Source: Macrostomum lignano
Lineage: Eukaryota
Reading direction: 5' to 3'
Assembly: GCA_002269645.1 (NCBI GenBank)
Contig: NIVC01003620.1
Coordinates: forward strand, 23,096-87,095
Length of the DNA: 64,000 nt
In this document: positions 42,283-59,984 of the stretch, in pieces
Position numbering within the stretch: the stretch's first letter is position 1
Layout of the letters: every line of letters starts with the position of its first letter
The notes under the pieces: generated by a model
Told to the model about the DNA's origin: nothing
The model's input: the letters and a program-made list of their open reading frames with translations, nothing else
Databases searched by the model: none
Program-made: the position numbers and the translations under genes

Positions 42283-43755
42283 TTAGACAGGAGCGCCACC
42301 TGTTAGACAGGAGCGCCACCTGTTAGACGGAGCTCCACCTGTTAGACGGAGCGCCACCTGTTAGACAGGAGCATCACCTGTTAGACAGGAGCATCACCTG
42401 TTAGACAGGAGTGTCACCAGTTAGACAGGGGCATCATCTGTTAGACAGGAGCATCACTTGTTAGACAGGAGCATCACCTGTTAGACAGGAGTGTCACCTG
42501 TTAGACAGGGGCATCATCTGTTAGACAGGAGCATCACTTGTTAGACAGGAGCATCACCTGTTAGACAGGAGTGTCACCTGTTAGACAGGAGTGTCACCTG
42601 TTAGACAGGGGCATCATCTGTTAGACAGAAGCATCACCTGTTAGACAGGAGCATCACCTGTTAGACAGAAGCATCACCTGTTAGACAGGAGCATCACCTG
42701 TTAGACAGGAGCATCACCTGTTAGACAGGAGCATCACCTGTTAGACAGGAGTGTCACCAGTTAGACAGGGGCATCATCTGTTAGACAGAAGCATCACCTG
42801 TTAGACAGGAGCATCACCTGTTAGACAGGAGCATCACCTGTAGACAAGAGCGCCACCTGTTAGACAGGAGCGCCACCTGTTAGACGGAGCGCCACCTGTT
42901 AGATAGAAGCATCACCTGTTAGACAGGAGCATCACCTGTTAGACAGGCGCATCACCTGTTAGACAGGAGCATCACCTGTTAGACAGGAGCATCACCTGTT
43001 AGACAGGAGCATCACCTGTTAGACAGGAGCATCACCTGTTAGACAGGAGTGTCACCTGTTAGACAGGAGCATCACCTGTTAGACAGGAGCATCACCTGTT
43101 AGACAGGAGCATCACCTGTTAGCCAGGAGTGTCACCAGTTAGACAGGGGCATCACCTGTTAGACAGGAGTGTCACCAGTTAGACAGGGGCATCACCAGTT
43201 AGACAGGAGCGCCACCTGTTAGACAGGAGCGCCACCTGTTAGACGGAGCGCCACCTGTTAGATAGAAGCATCACCTGTTAGACAGGAGCATCACCTGTTA
43301 GACAGGCGCATCACCTGTTAGACAGGAGCATCACCTGTTAGACAGGAGCATCACCTGTTAGACAGGAGCATCACCTGTTAGACAGGAGCATCACCTGTTA
43401 GACAGGAGTGTCACCTGTTAGACAGGAGCATCACCTGTTAGACAGGAGCATCACCTGTTAGACAGGAGCATCACCTGTTAGCCAGGAGTGTCACCAGTTA
43501 GACAGGGGCATCACCTGTTAGACAGGAGTGTCACCAGTTAGACAGGGGCATCACCAGTTAGACAGGAGCATCACCTGTTAGACAGGAGCATCACCTGTTA
43601 GACAGGAGCGCCACCTGTTAGACGGAGCATCACCTGTTAGGCAGGAGTGTCACCTGTAAGACAGGAGAGTCACCTGTTAGACAGGAGTGTCACCTGTTAG
43701 ACAAGAGCGCCACCTGTTAGACAATAGCGTCACCTGTTAGACAGGAGCGTCACTA
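42283..43755. repeat. 20-bp minisatellite (CACCTGTTAGACAGGAGCAT)
   Basis: Period 20 with variant blocks. Confidence 0.97.
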
Positions 43756-43982
43756 GTAAGGCAACCAGCAGGTCTGATACCCGGTATAAATCCCCACAAG
43801 TTACAATATCCTGTGCTCTGGAGCATCTGCAGGATGTCTGCTTCCGTAAAGCTCACAGCACAGCTGACTTCTCATGATTTATGACAACTGCTCGCAAATA
43901 TATAACTGCCTCAGTGCCAACTGATGCAGACTTCTGCTCACTCACTCGCCCAGCTTCATCCTTGGCGTCTCAGTCTCAGTTT

Positions 43983-44276
43983 CACTTGATATCTCACCCT
44001 CAGTCTCACACTTGATATCTCACCCTCAGTCTCACACTTGATATCTCACCCTCAGTCTCACACTTGATATCTCACCCTCAGTCTCACACTTGATATCTCA
44101 CCCTCAGTCTCACACTTGATATCTCACCCTCAGTCTCACACTTGAGATCTCACCCTCAGTCTCACACTTGATATCTCACCCTCAGTCTCACACTTGAGAT
44201 CTCACCCTCAGTCTCACACTTGAGATCTCACCCTCAGTCTCACACCTGAGATCTCACCCTCAGTCTCACACTTGAT
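43983..44276. repeat. 26-bp minisatellite (CACTTGATATCTCACCCTCAGTCTCA) ending about 15 bp upstream of the P4H ATG
   Basis: Period 26, about 11 copies. Confidence 0.95.
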
Positions 44277-44291
44277 GAGAAGTTGAGGGAA

Positions 44292-49014
<4,723 letters not shown>

Positions 49015-49027
49015 ATTGCAACTGAAC

Positions 49028-49455
<428 letters not shown>

Positions 49456-49675
49456 GGAAAATAATAGAGTCAAGGCAGTTTTTACCTACTAGTGACAGTG
49501 AAAAATGATTGGAATTAGAAATATTCAGTTTGTTTTTGATTCAATCAATTGAATTATATGTTCAAACCTTTTTTCTACAGTTAATAACAACTAAGCACAT
49601 TTTGTTCGACAAGTTGTTCACTTTCAAAATCAGCTAGTTATACTTGTGGTCGCTTTAGCTACCAGCAAATTCCGC

Positions 49676-52600
49676 CTAAGGCTGGTCGAACAGAACTTCC
49701 ACAGCGAAGTTTTCATGCCATACTTTCCAAGTCTTGGATTTGTGCGGATTGTCGAGCTGAGTTCGGTCCAGCTTGATCCTGAGGCCAATTTAAGTGTCCG
49801 ATTAACAGGTATCATGTATCTCCTACAAATTACACTCTTGTGTAACAGGTTCCGTGTCTGTCTAACAGGCTCCGTGTCTCCGTGTCTGTCTAACAGGTTC
49901 CGTGTCTGTCTAACAGGCTCCGTGTCTCCGTGTCTGTCTAACAGGTTCCGTGTCTGTCTAACAGGTTCCGTGTCTCCGTGTCTGTCTAACAGGTTCCGTG
50001 TCTGTCTAACAGGTTCCGTGTCTCCGTGTCTGTCTAACAGGTTCCGTGTCTGTCTAACAGGCTCTGTGTCTCCGTGTCTGTCTAACAGGTTCCGTGTCTG
50101 TCTAACAGGTTCCGTGTCTCCGTGTCTGTCTAACAGGTTCCGTGTCTGTCTAACAGGCTCTGTGTCTCCGTGTCTGTCTAACAGGTTCCGTGTCTGTCTA
50201 ACAGGTCCCGTGTCTGTCTAACAGGTCCCGTGTCTGTCTAACAAGTCCCGTGTCTGTCTAACAGGTTCCTTGTCTAACAGGTCCCGTGTCTGTCTAACAG
50301 GTCCCGTGTCTGTCTAACAGGTCCCGTGTCTGTCTAACAGGTCCCGTGTCTGTCTAACAGGTCCCGTGTCTGTCTAACAGGTCCCGTGTCTGTCTAACAA
50401 GTCCCGTGTCTGTCTAACAGGCTCCGTGTCTCCGTGTCTGTCTAACAGGTTCCGTGTCTGTCTAACAGGTTCCGTGTCTCCGTGTCTGTCTAACAGGTTC
50501 CGTGTCTGTCTAACAGGTTCCGTGTCTCCGTGTCTGTCTAACAGGTTCCGTGTCTGTCTAACAGGTTCCGTGTCTCCGTGTCTGTCTAACAGGTTCCGTG
50601 TCTGTCTAACAGGCTCTGTGTCTCCGTGTCTGTCTAACAGGTTCCGTGTCTGTCTAACAGGTTCCGTGTCTCCGTGTCTGTCTAACAGGTTCCGTGTCTG
50701 TCTAACAGGCTCTGTGTCTCCGTGTCTGTCTAACAGGTTCCGTGTCTGTCTAACAGGTCCCGTGTCTGTCTAACAGGTCCCGTGTCTGTCTAACAAGTCC
50801 CGTGTCTGTCTAACAGGTTCCTTGTCTAACAGGTCCCGTGTCTGTCTAACAGGTCCCGTGTCTGTCTAACAGGTCCCGTGTCTGTCTAACAGGTCCCGTG
50901 TCTGTCTAACAGGTCCCGTGTCTGTCTAACAGGTCCCGTGTCTGTCTAACAAGTCCCGTGTCTGTCTAACAGGTTCCTTGTCTAACAGGTCCCGTGTCTG
51001 TCTAACAGGTCCCGTGTCTGTCTAACAGGTCCCGTGTCTGTCTAACAGGTCCCGTGTCTGTCTAACAGGTCCCGTGTCTGTCTAACAGGTCCCGTGTCTG
51101 TCTAACAGGTCCCGTGTCTGTCTAACAAGTCCCGTGTCTGTCTAACAGGTTCCTTGTCTAATAGGTCCCGTGTCTGTCTAACAGGTTCCGTGTCTGTCTA
51201 ACAGGTTCTGTGTCTGTCTAACAGGTCCTGTGTCTGTCTAAGATTTTATGTCTATCTGACAGGTCCTATGTATTTCTAACAGGTCTCATTCCTGTCTAAC
51301 AGGTTCTCTGTCTATCTAGCAGCTAATGTTCTGTCTTGGGCAAAATTCTGGTCGAACAAAACTCATTAACCAATTATCTAGGCCTCTTATCTCAGACTCA
51401 CTTCAGGTCCTGAATGAAGTAGGTGTAGATCCAAAAGAAGAAAGCGCAGTTTTCGTAAGCCGTTGGCACGTTTCGCTGAAAATTTTCGAATATTTGTTTT
51501 TTTATCGAATACTCGAAACCAGGAAAGCATTATTAGGAATTTTGCTTACATTTCTGGAAAAGAAGCTGAACTTCACATCGTTGAGCACTGTTGGTGGATT
51601 CCGCAGCGTCACTACAGCACTGTCGGTCTCCCGAGAGAACTCCGCCATGCAGTTCTTGTTGATGCCCAGATCGAACTCGCCAACTTGCTTGCCGCCCTCG
51701 AAAATTCGAAACCAGAAATCCGAGCCGTCACCGTTGCCGATGGCTGAGAATTTGGAAATTAAATTTATAGTCTGTTTAATATTCTGTTCATTAATAATTA
51801 ATCAGTGAGTCAGAGATCGGTGAGTCAGGAATCGGTGAGTCAGGAATGGGTAAGCCAGTAATCGGTGAGTCAGAGATCGGTGAGTTAGCGATCGGTGAGT
51901 CAGAGATCGGTGAGTCAGATATCGGTGAGTCAGGAATCGGTGAGTCAGAGATCGGTGAGTCAGAGATCGGTGAGTCAGAGATCGGTGAGTCAGAGATCGG
52001 TGAGTCAGAGATCGGTGAGTTAGAGATCGGTGAGTCAGAGATCGGTGAGTCGAGATGGGTGAGTAAGAAATCGGTGAGTAAGGAATCGGTGAGTAAGGAA
52101 TCGGTGAGTCAGGAATCGGTGAGTCAGGAATGGGTAAGCCAGTAATCGGTGAGTCAGAGATCGGTGAGTTAGCGATCGGTGAGTCAGAGATCGGTGAGTC
52201 AGATATCGGTGAGTCAGGAATCGGTGAGTCAGAGATCGGTGAGTCAGAGATCGGTGAGTCAGAGATCGGTGAGTCAGAGATCGGTGAGTCAGAGATCGGT
52301 GAGTCAGAGATCGGTGAGTCAGAGATCGGTGAGTTAGAGATCGGTGAGTCAGAGATCGGTGAGTCGAGATGGGTGAGTAAGAAATCGGTGAGTAAGGAAT
52401 CGGTGAGTCAGGAATCGGTGAGTCAGGAATCGGTGAGTCAGGAATCAAGATGCTATTATTCCTCACTTACAGGAGATGCCGTGAATGATGATTTTCCGGA
52501 CAATCAGAGGAGTGTCGGGCGGCATCTCATAGTTGAACTCCTTCTTAACAGTCTCAAAGTAGCCCACGTAGCGGTTCTGGCTGGGAGTCTCCACTCCCTG

Positions 52601-55600
52601 AAACTTGATGCCCTGCTGATAGTCAGTTCGCTTCAGGCCGAAGAAATCCAGGCACTCCTGAGGAGGACAGGTAAGGGGGCCGCTTGATGATTCATAAATA
52701 GCCCATTATGTTCACTGTTTTGGCGTCTAACCAAAACCACCGTTGCTTAACCTGGAATTCGCAGTCAACAGCGCGGCCGCCGCAATTAGGATTCTCAGGC
52801 TGGTTTAGGGACGATTCTCAGTCTGGTTTAGGGGCGATTCTCAGGCTGGTTTAGGGGCGATTCTCAGGCTGGTTTAGGGACGATTCTCAGGCTGGTTTAG
52901 GGACGATTCTCAGGCTGGTTTAGGGACGATTCTCAGTCTGGTTTAGGGACGATTCTCAGGCTGGTTTAGGGACGATTCTCAAGCTGGTTTAGGGACGATT
53001 CTCAGGCTGGTTTAGGGACGATTCTCAGTCTGGTTTAGGGACGATTCTCAAGCTGGTTTAGGGACGATTCTCAGGCTGGTTTAGGGACGATTCTCAAGCT
53101 GGTTTAGGGACGATTCTCAGGCTGGTTTAGGGACGATTCTCAGGCTGGTTTAGGGACGATTATTAGTCTGGTTTAGGTGCGATTCTCAGTCTGGTTTAGG
53201 GGCGATTCTCAGAGTGAAGCAGCCAATTAAGTTGCGAACTAACCGCCACCGTGTCTGCTTAACCCGAACCGTTTGGCTAGTGATAATCTATTAATGTCTA
53301 CTACAAAATTCGAAGTATTTTTGCAGGCTGTTCTTCTCTGTAGTTTCTTTATTGTCCACTAAGTATGAATAGAAACATATCGGAATTAACTACCTTGGCA
53401 TTCTCATAAATATCGCTATCCACCATGTAGGTGCAGATCATAGTGCCAGTGCGACCTTTGCCGCCCTTGCAGTGCACCACGATGATGTTCTGCTCATGGG
53501 CGGCCAGCCAGTCGCGCACGCTGTTAGCGAACTTCACCATGTCGCTGTCGGGGATTTGGAGAACACAAATTTGAAAAATGAGATGCTGCTGTTTGAGCAG
53601 CTTCTTCCCATGAGCCACTGCGGGCTACGGCTATAGCATCCGCTCTCTCCCAAATTCTTATCAGCTCCCTACTATAACTGAAATCCGCTCCCTACTATGA
53701 CTGAAATCCGCTCCCTACCATGACTGAAATCCGCTCCCTACTATGACTGAAATCCGTTCCCTACTAAAGACAATACTCCGCTCCCTACTATAACTGAATT
53801 CCGCTCCCTACTAAAACTGAAATCCGCTCCCTACCAAAACCCAGATTCATCGTCAGCTGCATGTTTACCTCAGTCTTGGCACATTGTGGTCATCAATCAG
53901 GTATCGTTCCACTCGATCGTGGAAGAAACTTGAATCGTAGTAGCGCTCACCTGTCACAGGTGATGAAGTACAATAAAATACAATTTTAATACACATGCAA
54001 CAACAGTAAAGGTCACTTACTACACAAGTTGTACACTTTATAGCGATTGTAGTGCTTCAGGTCTAGAAACTTGGCCACTTCCTGCGAAAGCAAATAGCTA
54101 GCATTGAAAGTTGGGAATTAAATTTTGCAACACATGTAGCTTAGTGATAGTGTACTTTTTTACCTTGATAGGATTCCTGTACATTGCCATCAACCCGGAG
54201 GAAGGATATGACATGGCGATCACCTTTTCTGCAATTTTTATACATTTTTATGGCTAAAATATGAGATAACTACCGTGTACCGGAACTGGGCAAGGGAAGG
54301 GGCGGAACTGGGCAAGGGAAGGGGCGGAACTGGGCAAGGGAAGGGGCGGAACTGGGCAAGGGAAGGGGCGAAACTGGACACGGGAAGGGGCGGAACTGGA
54401 CACGGGAAGGGGCGGAACTGGACACGGGAAGGGGCGAAACTGGACACGGGAAGGGGCGGAACTGGACACGGGAAGGGGCGGAACTGGACACGGGAAGGGG
54501 CGGAACTGGACACGGGAGGTGGCGGAACTGGACACGGGAGGTGGCGGAACTGGGCAAGAGAAGGGGCGGAACTGGGCAAAAAGAAGGGGCGGAACTGGGC
54601 AAAAAGAAGGGGCGGAACTGGGCAAGAGAAGGGGCGAAACTGGGCAAAAAGAAGGGGCGGAACTGGGCAAGGGAAGGGGCGAAACTGGACACGGGAGGTG
54701 GCGGAACTGGACACGGGAGGTGGCGGAACTGGGCAAGAGAAGGGGCGGAACTGGGCAAAAAGAAGGGGCGGAACTGGGCAAGAGAAGGGGCGGAACTGGG
54801 CAAAAAGAAGGGGCGGAACTGGGCAAGAGAAGGGGCGGAACTGGGCAAGAGAAGGGGCGGAACTGGGCAAAAAGAAGGGGCGGAACTGGGCAAGAGAAGG
54901 GGCGGAACTGGGCAAGAGAAGGGGCGGAACTGGGCAAAAAGAAGGGGCGGAACTGGGCAAGAGAAGGGGCGGAACTGGGCAAGAGAAGGGGCGGAACTGG
55001 GCAAGAGAAGGGGCGGAACTAAGCACGGTGAGGGAGGATGGAAACCGGGCAGAAGTCGCCAAACTCGAATCCTGTCCCCAGCCTCCCACCGGTGATGTAG
55101 CACAGATCCAAATCGAAGCCGTCGTCCTCGTATCGCTTCTTGTTCTGCGACACCACGTGACGCGTTGCCTTGGTGAGGTTTTTCCTCTCGGTGAGAAACA
55201 CGCGGACCAGGGCGACGAGGCGGGGTAGGCGAATGAGACGGGCGAGCACCACCAGCCTTGAGGGTGGGAGGGTGAGCTGACTGAGTTTGTCTGTACATCT
55301 GCATGAGCAGTTCAGCTTATTCATGGATAGAATGAAGCCATGAATCAGTGAATAGATCAATGAATAGATATGTACGATCAGAGATGTACAGATCAGATAT
55401 GAATAGATCAATGGATAGATTGGGTAGATCAATGGATAGATGTGAGTAGATCAATGGATAGATGGGGTTAGCTCATTGGATATATGGTGATAGATCAATG
55501 GATAGTTGTGGATAGATCAATGGATAGATGTGGATAGATCAATGGATAGATGTGGATAGATCAATGGATAGATGTGGATAGATCAATGGATAGATGTGGA

Positions 55601-57871
55601 TAGATCAATGGATAGATGTGGATAGATCAATGGATAGATATGGATAGATTAATGCCAATGGTCAGAATGGATGAATGATTCTACCCCTAAATTTAGCACT
55701 CACTTCCCCAGCTTGGCGGTGTCGCTCAAGTCGGGCACCGACATAAACACCACGCTAACAATAAAGGTTAAAATGACAACAGCAAAGTCCAGCACCATGA
55801 TCCAGTTGCTGAAAAATTTCTCCGGTCTGAAATTGGTGTTTAGAATTCACAACTGCGTCATACTTGGAACTGCATGGACGTCATGAAACTATTTAAAAAT
55901 CTTGGTTGGTCCTTGTTGGGTTTCGTCCTCGTTAGGTTTGTTGCTTCTCATTGAGGCTTTTGGTCCTCATTATGGTTGTTGGTCCTCATTGGGGTTGGTC
56001 CTCTTTGGGGTTGGTCCTCGTTGGAGCTGTTGGTCCTCGTTGGGGTTGTTGGTCCTCATTGGGGTTGTTGGTCCTCATTGGGTTGTTGGTCCTCGTTGGG
56101 GTTGGTTCTCATTGGGGTTGGCCCTCATTGGGTTGTTGGTCCTCATTGGGTTGTTGGTCCTCATTGGGGTTGTTGGTCCTCATTGGGGTTGTTGGTCCTC
56201 ATTGGGTTGTTGGTCCTCGTTGGGGTTGGTTCTCATTGGGGTTGGCCCTCATTGGGGTTGTTGGTCCTCATTGAGGTTGAATTGGTCCCGCAGCCAGCGA
56301 TGAGGCAAGCATTCATGCTCATTCCGCTGGCTCCTGGTGCAAGTAATCGAACCCATGTTCTTAGGCGCTAGAAAGCGAGTCAGACTGCTCAACCCAATTC
56401 TAATCCTCATATTAATGGTCCCAAAAAACTTACCCCAGAGCAAAAATCCTCACGCCAACCTCGATAACAAACAGAATAACAATGACCAGGCCTACGTAGT
56501 CGTATGCTGGTTTCGGGTCGGCGAGGTCAACAATGACCAGCACGAGGTCCAGCAGTATCAGCGCCATGGTTACTAGGCGAAATGCTAAGCTTTCAATGAT
56601 TCGAAGAGTCTTCTTTCGCGGCTCCCTAAGTTTGAAAGTGGTAGCATAGATACTGCTTTTGGAATGTCTCTATTGATTAAAAATGTCTCTGTGTTGATTG
56701 GAAATGTCTCTGTATTGATTGGAAATGTCTCTGTGTTGATTGGAAATGTCTCTATACTGATTGGAAATGTCTCTGTATTGATTGGAAATGTCTCTGTATT
56801 GATTGGAAATGTCTCTGTATTGATTGGAAATGTCTCTGTATTGATTGGAAATGTCTCTATATTGATCGGAAATGTCTCTGTATTGATTGGAAATGTCTCT
56901 ATTGATTGGAAATGTCTCTGTATTGATTGGAAATGTCTCTGTATTGATTGGAAATGTCTCTGTATTGATCGGAAATGTCTCTATATTGATTGGAAATGTC
57001 TCTATTGATTGGAAATGTCTCTGTATTGATTGGAAATGTCTCTGTATTGATTGGAAATGTCTCTGTATTGATTGGAAATGTCTCTGTATTGATTGGAAAT
57101 GTCTCTGTATTGATTGGAAATGTCTCTGTATTGATCGGAAATGTCTCTATATTGATTGGAAATGTCTCTGTATTGATTGAAAATGTCTCTGTATTGATTG
57201 GAAATGTCTCTGTATTGATTGGAAATGTCTCTGTATTGATTGGAAATGTCTCTGTATTGATTGGAAATGTCTCTGTATTGATTGGAAATGTCTCTGTATT
57301 GATCGGAAATGTCTCTATATTGATTGGAAATGTCTCTGTATTGATTGAAAATGTCTCTGTATTGATTGGAAATGTCTCTGTATTGATTGGAAATGTCTCT
57401 GTATTGATTGGAAATGTCTCTATATTGATTGGAAATGTCTCTGTATTGATTGGAAATGTCTCTGTATTGATCGGAAATGTCTCTATATTGATTGGAAATG
57501 TCTCTGTATTGATTGAAAATGTCTCTGTATTGATTGGAAATGTCTCTGTATTGATTGGAAATGTCTCTGTATTGATTGGAAATGTCTCTACAAATTGATT
57601 GGAAATGCCTTCATATTGATCGGAAATGTCTCTGTATTGATTGGAAATGTCTCTATATTGATTGGAAATGTCTCTATATTGATTGGAAATGTCTCTATAT
57701 TGATTTGAAATGTCTCGAATGCTTGGAGAGACCTTGTCAGTCTTACCTGCACCAGGTGTCCTCCCGATTGTTAGTTTCCAGGGCCTCTCGAAAGCCGAAA
57801 TCGTCCACGTGGATGACCGTCTTTGGCTCGGTGCTGGCGTCCTCCTGACCGCCGTTTGCGTTAGCAGACAT
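49676..57871 (-). CDS. TPTE: Voltage-sensing phosphoinositide phosphatase (VSP/TPTE; voltage-sensor domain + PTEN-like phosphatase + C2), 507 aa
   Basis: 12 phase-consistent exons: 57871-57747, 56625-56434, 55826-55704, 55256-55090, 54228-54164, 54081-54021, 53950-53869, 53544-53394, 52657-52471, 51743-51550, 51475-51402, 49778-49676 (1524 nt). S1-S4 helices; linker VSQNKKRYEDDGFDLDLCYIT; IAMSYPS; DDHNVP; active site HCKGGKGRTG; GVETPSQNRYV; C2 end QLDNPHK..FAVEVLF. Confidence 0.95.
49845..51305. repeat. 20-bp minisatellite (GTGTCTGTCTAACAGGTYCC) with 28-bp variants, last VSP intron
   Basis: Period 20. Its reverse complement shares ACCTGTTAGACAG with the 42283-43755 array. Confidence 0.97.
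51805..52445. repeat. 15-bp minisatellite (GGTGAGTCAGAGATC) with an internal 284-bp duplication
   Basis: Period 15. The unique variant ATGGGTAAGCCAGTAATC occurs at 51846 and 52130. Confidence 0.95.
52792..53212. repeat. 23-bp minisatellite (CTCAGGCTGGTTTAGGGACGATT)
   Basis: Period 23, VSP intron. Confidence 0.95.
53664..53835. repeat. 23-bp tandem repeat (CTCCCTACTATRACTGAAATCCG), about 7 copies
   Basis: Period 23 (53665, 53688). Confidence 0.85.
54280..55020. repeat. 21/22-bp G-rich minisatellite (GGGGCGGAACTGGGCAAGAGAA)
   Basis: Fills most of the VSP intron 54229-55089. Confidence 0.95.
55340..55650. repeat. 22-bp minisatellite (TGGATAGATCAATGGATAGATG)
   Basis: Period 22, degenerate at the 5' end. 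Confidence 0.88.
55900..56280. repeat. Degenerate 18/19-bp minisatellite (GGTCCTCATTGGGGTTGTT)
   Basis: Recurring GGTCCTCATTGG core. Confidence 0.88.
56660..57715. repeat. 21-bp minisatellite (ATTGATTGGAAATGTCTCTGT)
   Basis: Period 21, first coding intron of VSP. Confidence 0.97.
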
Positions 57872-59984
57872 TGTCCGGAATCGCAGTATCTATGAGTTGA
57901 AGTGAAAAGCCTCACTAAAAAACCGTTGCCAGCTCGTTAGCGAAATCTGCAGCAAACTGCAACTTTCACCTTAAGGCTTAGGCCATAATCTAGCTAAAAC
58001 TGATTGAAAAGAGTCGAGCGTGAAGTTTTGAAACCTTAGGAAAGAAGTGTGTATAGGTTGAAACTTTCTGTTTTATTAGCTTACAGGTATACGCTTATCA
58101 GTATGTAGGCACGCAATTTGATATACATGTAGCTGGGTCCAGGTGAGAGTCAGGCGTACATGAGCCATACTGAGATAAAACAGCAATAGTTGAAAAACTG
58201 TTGGTAAATTCTTAATTTATGCGAGTTTAGGCTGATTTGCCTTCTGTTTTTGTGCATTGCGTTACGACCCATAGTGCCAGTAAAATTTGGCTATGCGAAT
58301 TCTACGCAATTGAAGCTTTTTTAGTCGGTCAACATGTACATGTAAATTGCAATTAACAAACTACTTTTAGCTTGGCATACAGACCGCTGAAACAGAAAGG
58401 AATACAAATTAGATTAGTCTTAGTCTTAAATTAGTCTTCATCTACATAGCACATATAGGGTTGTCCGCGCATATACATGTACATGTACTGTAAAAATATA
58501 TAAACTTTGTTTAGATTCATCGACAGGATTCGGCTGTTGGTCACCGCTAGCTCCTATCTTTTTTAAATAATTCCTGTCGTATTTATCAATTAACAGCTAA
58601 AAATTAGACTGCGACTTAAGAATATGCGACTATAATACACGGTACTATTTACGAGCAACCGGATAGACTAAAAAGTTTTAAACTGTTAAATTTAAAAATA
58701 AAGAAAATAACTATGATGTCTGTGGTATTTTTGCAGATTATTATGATACCATTATGTTACGTCACGCATACTTCAAATCTTTTGTTTAAATTTTCAAAAC
58801 CAAAGCACGATATTACTAAAACGAAAATTTAATTTTTTGTTGGACAGTTAAAATAAAAATCAGCAGTCAGAAATCACATCAGCAAATCGAAGAAGCGAAC
58901 GCAGATTAAGCATCACAGAGGTGGTAAAGCATCTTAATCTATTTTCTTATTATTATTTGCGATTCAACTAAATTAGTTTTTCCAAATTTCATCAACTTCT
59001 TCAACAATCAGATCGCAGATCGTGGCAAACAAATAAACTTACATACGAAAATTGATACCTTTTAACCGAGAGATTAGTACATTGGCACATAAACGAGAAA
59101 GGACGACAGAGCCGGCTTTTGCGCAATCGCTGCTGAGGTAAGTATAAAAGTTAAGCTTTACTTATTTACACGGAACCTTGTGAATAATATTGTGCTATAT
59201 TTTCAAAGAACAATAGTAAAGTACAGTGTTGTACTGTATTCGTATTATAATACTATAGTATTTCATTTATACTAAAGTATAGTATTGTAATAGTAAAAAG
59301 TAAAAATTTATATCATAGTTAAAATACCATCATACACTTGTACGAGCGTATATTGTATTTAAACCATAAATGAATGGGTAAGTTTTAAAGCTCTGGAATT
59401 AAATCATATTTAGATGACTTAAACCTTACTTCCTGTTTTTTTATTTTTTTATTAATATCAAAAAGGATTTTTTTCTAATTCAGCTTTTGTATTTCCTATT
59501 GTTCTTTTTATTTACTTTCAATATGCAATTAATATAACAAAAAGTCGAGAACAGTTAAATAGTTTTAACGTTTTTTACACTGTATATGGGCTACTGACCA
59601 CTGTTGTTTATATTAAAGATTTTTTAAATTGCCAAGTACTTTTAATATTTGAACATTGTAATGCTACACCATTGATTTACATAGGCAGACACTTTCATTA
59701 AAATTTCAGAGAACTGAAAACTATTGTTGAAATGTGAAAACAATAACTCTAGCATTATGAATGGTGGTAAAAACAAAGATGTCACTGTTTGGTAAGTAAA
59801 GGCAAAGCAGTCATAATATTTGCTTAATTGGATACAACAGGAAGCAATCACCTTGTCAATAGAGACCACCTTTCACTAGAATACGTTTGAACAGCCATTC
59901 ACTTATAGATCAATAAACACAATTCCACAGGTTTATTTCATTAACAATGAGCCAAAAAAGTAAAAAATCAACCACCGCACACTC

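Noticed and set aside
52792-53212. TTAGGG inside the 23-bp unit as an interstitial telomere relic
   Set aside because: Only one hexamer per unit and no tandem TTAGGG.
57872-57970. Acceptor 18 nt upstream of the VSP ATG as a spliced-leader trans-splice site
   Set aside because: A plausible cis donor (AG|GTGAAA, about 57969) would give an ordinary 80-nt 5' UTR intron.
58560-58644. pogo/Tc1-like terminal motif ..GCGACTATAATACACGGTA
   Set aside because: Only one end is visible, so it cannot be delimited.
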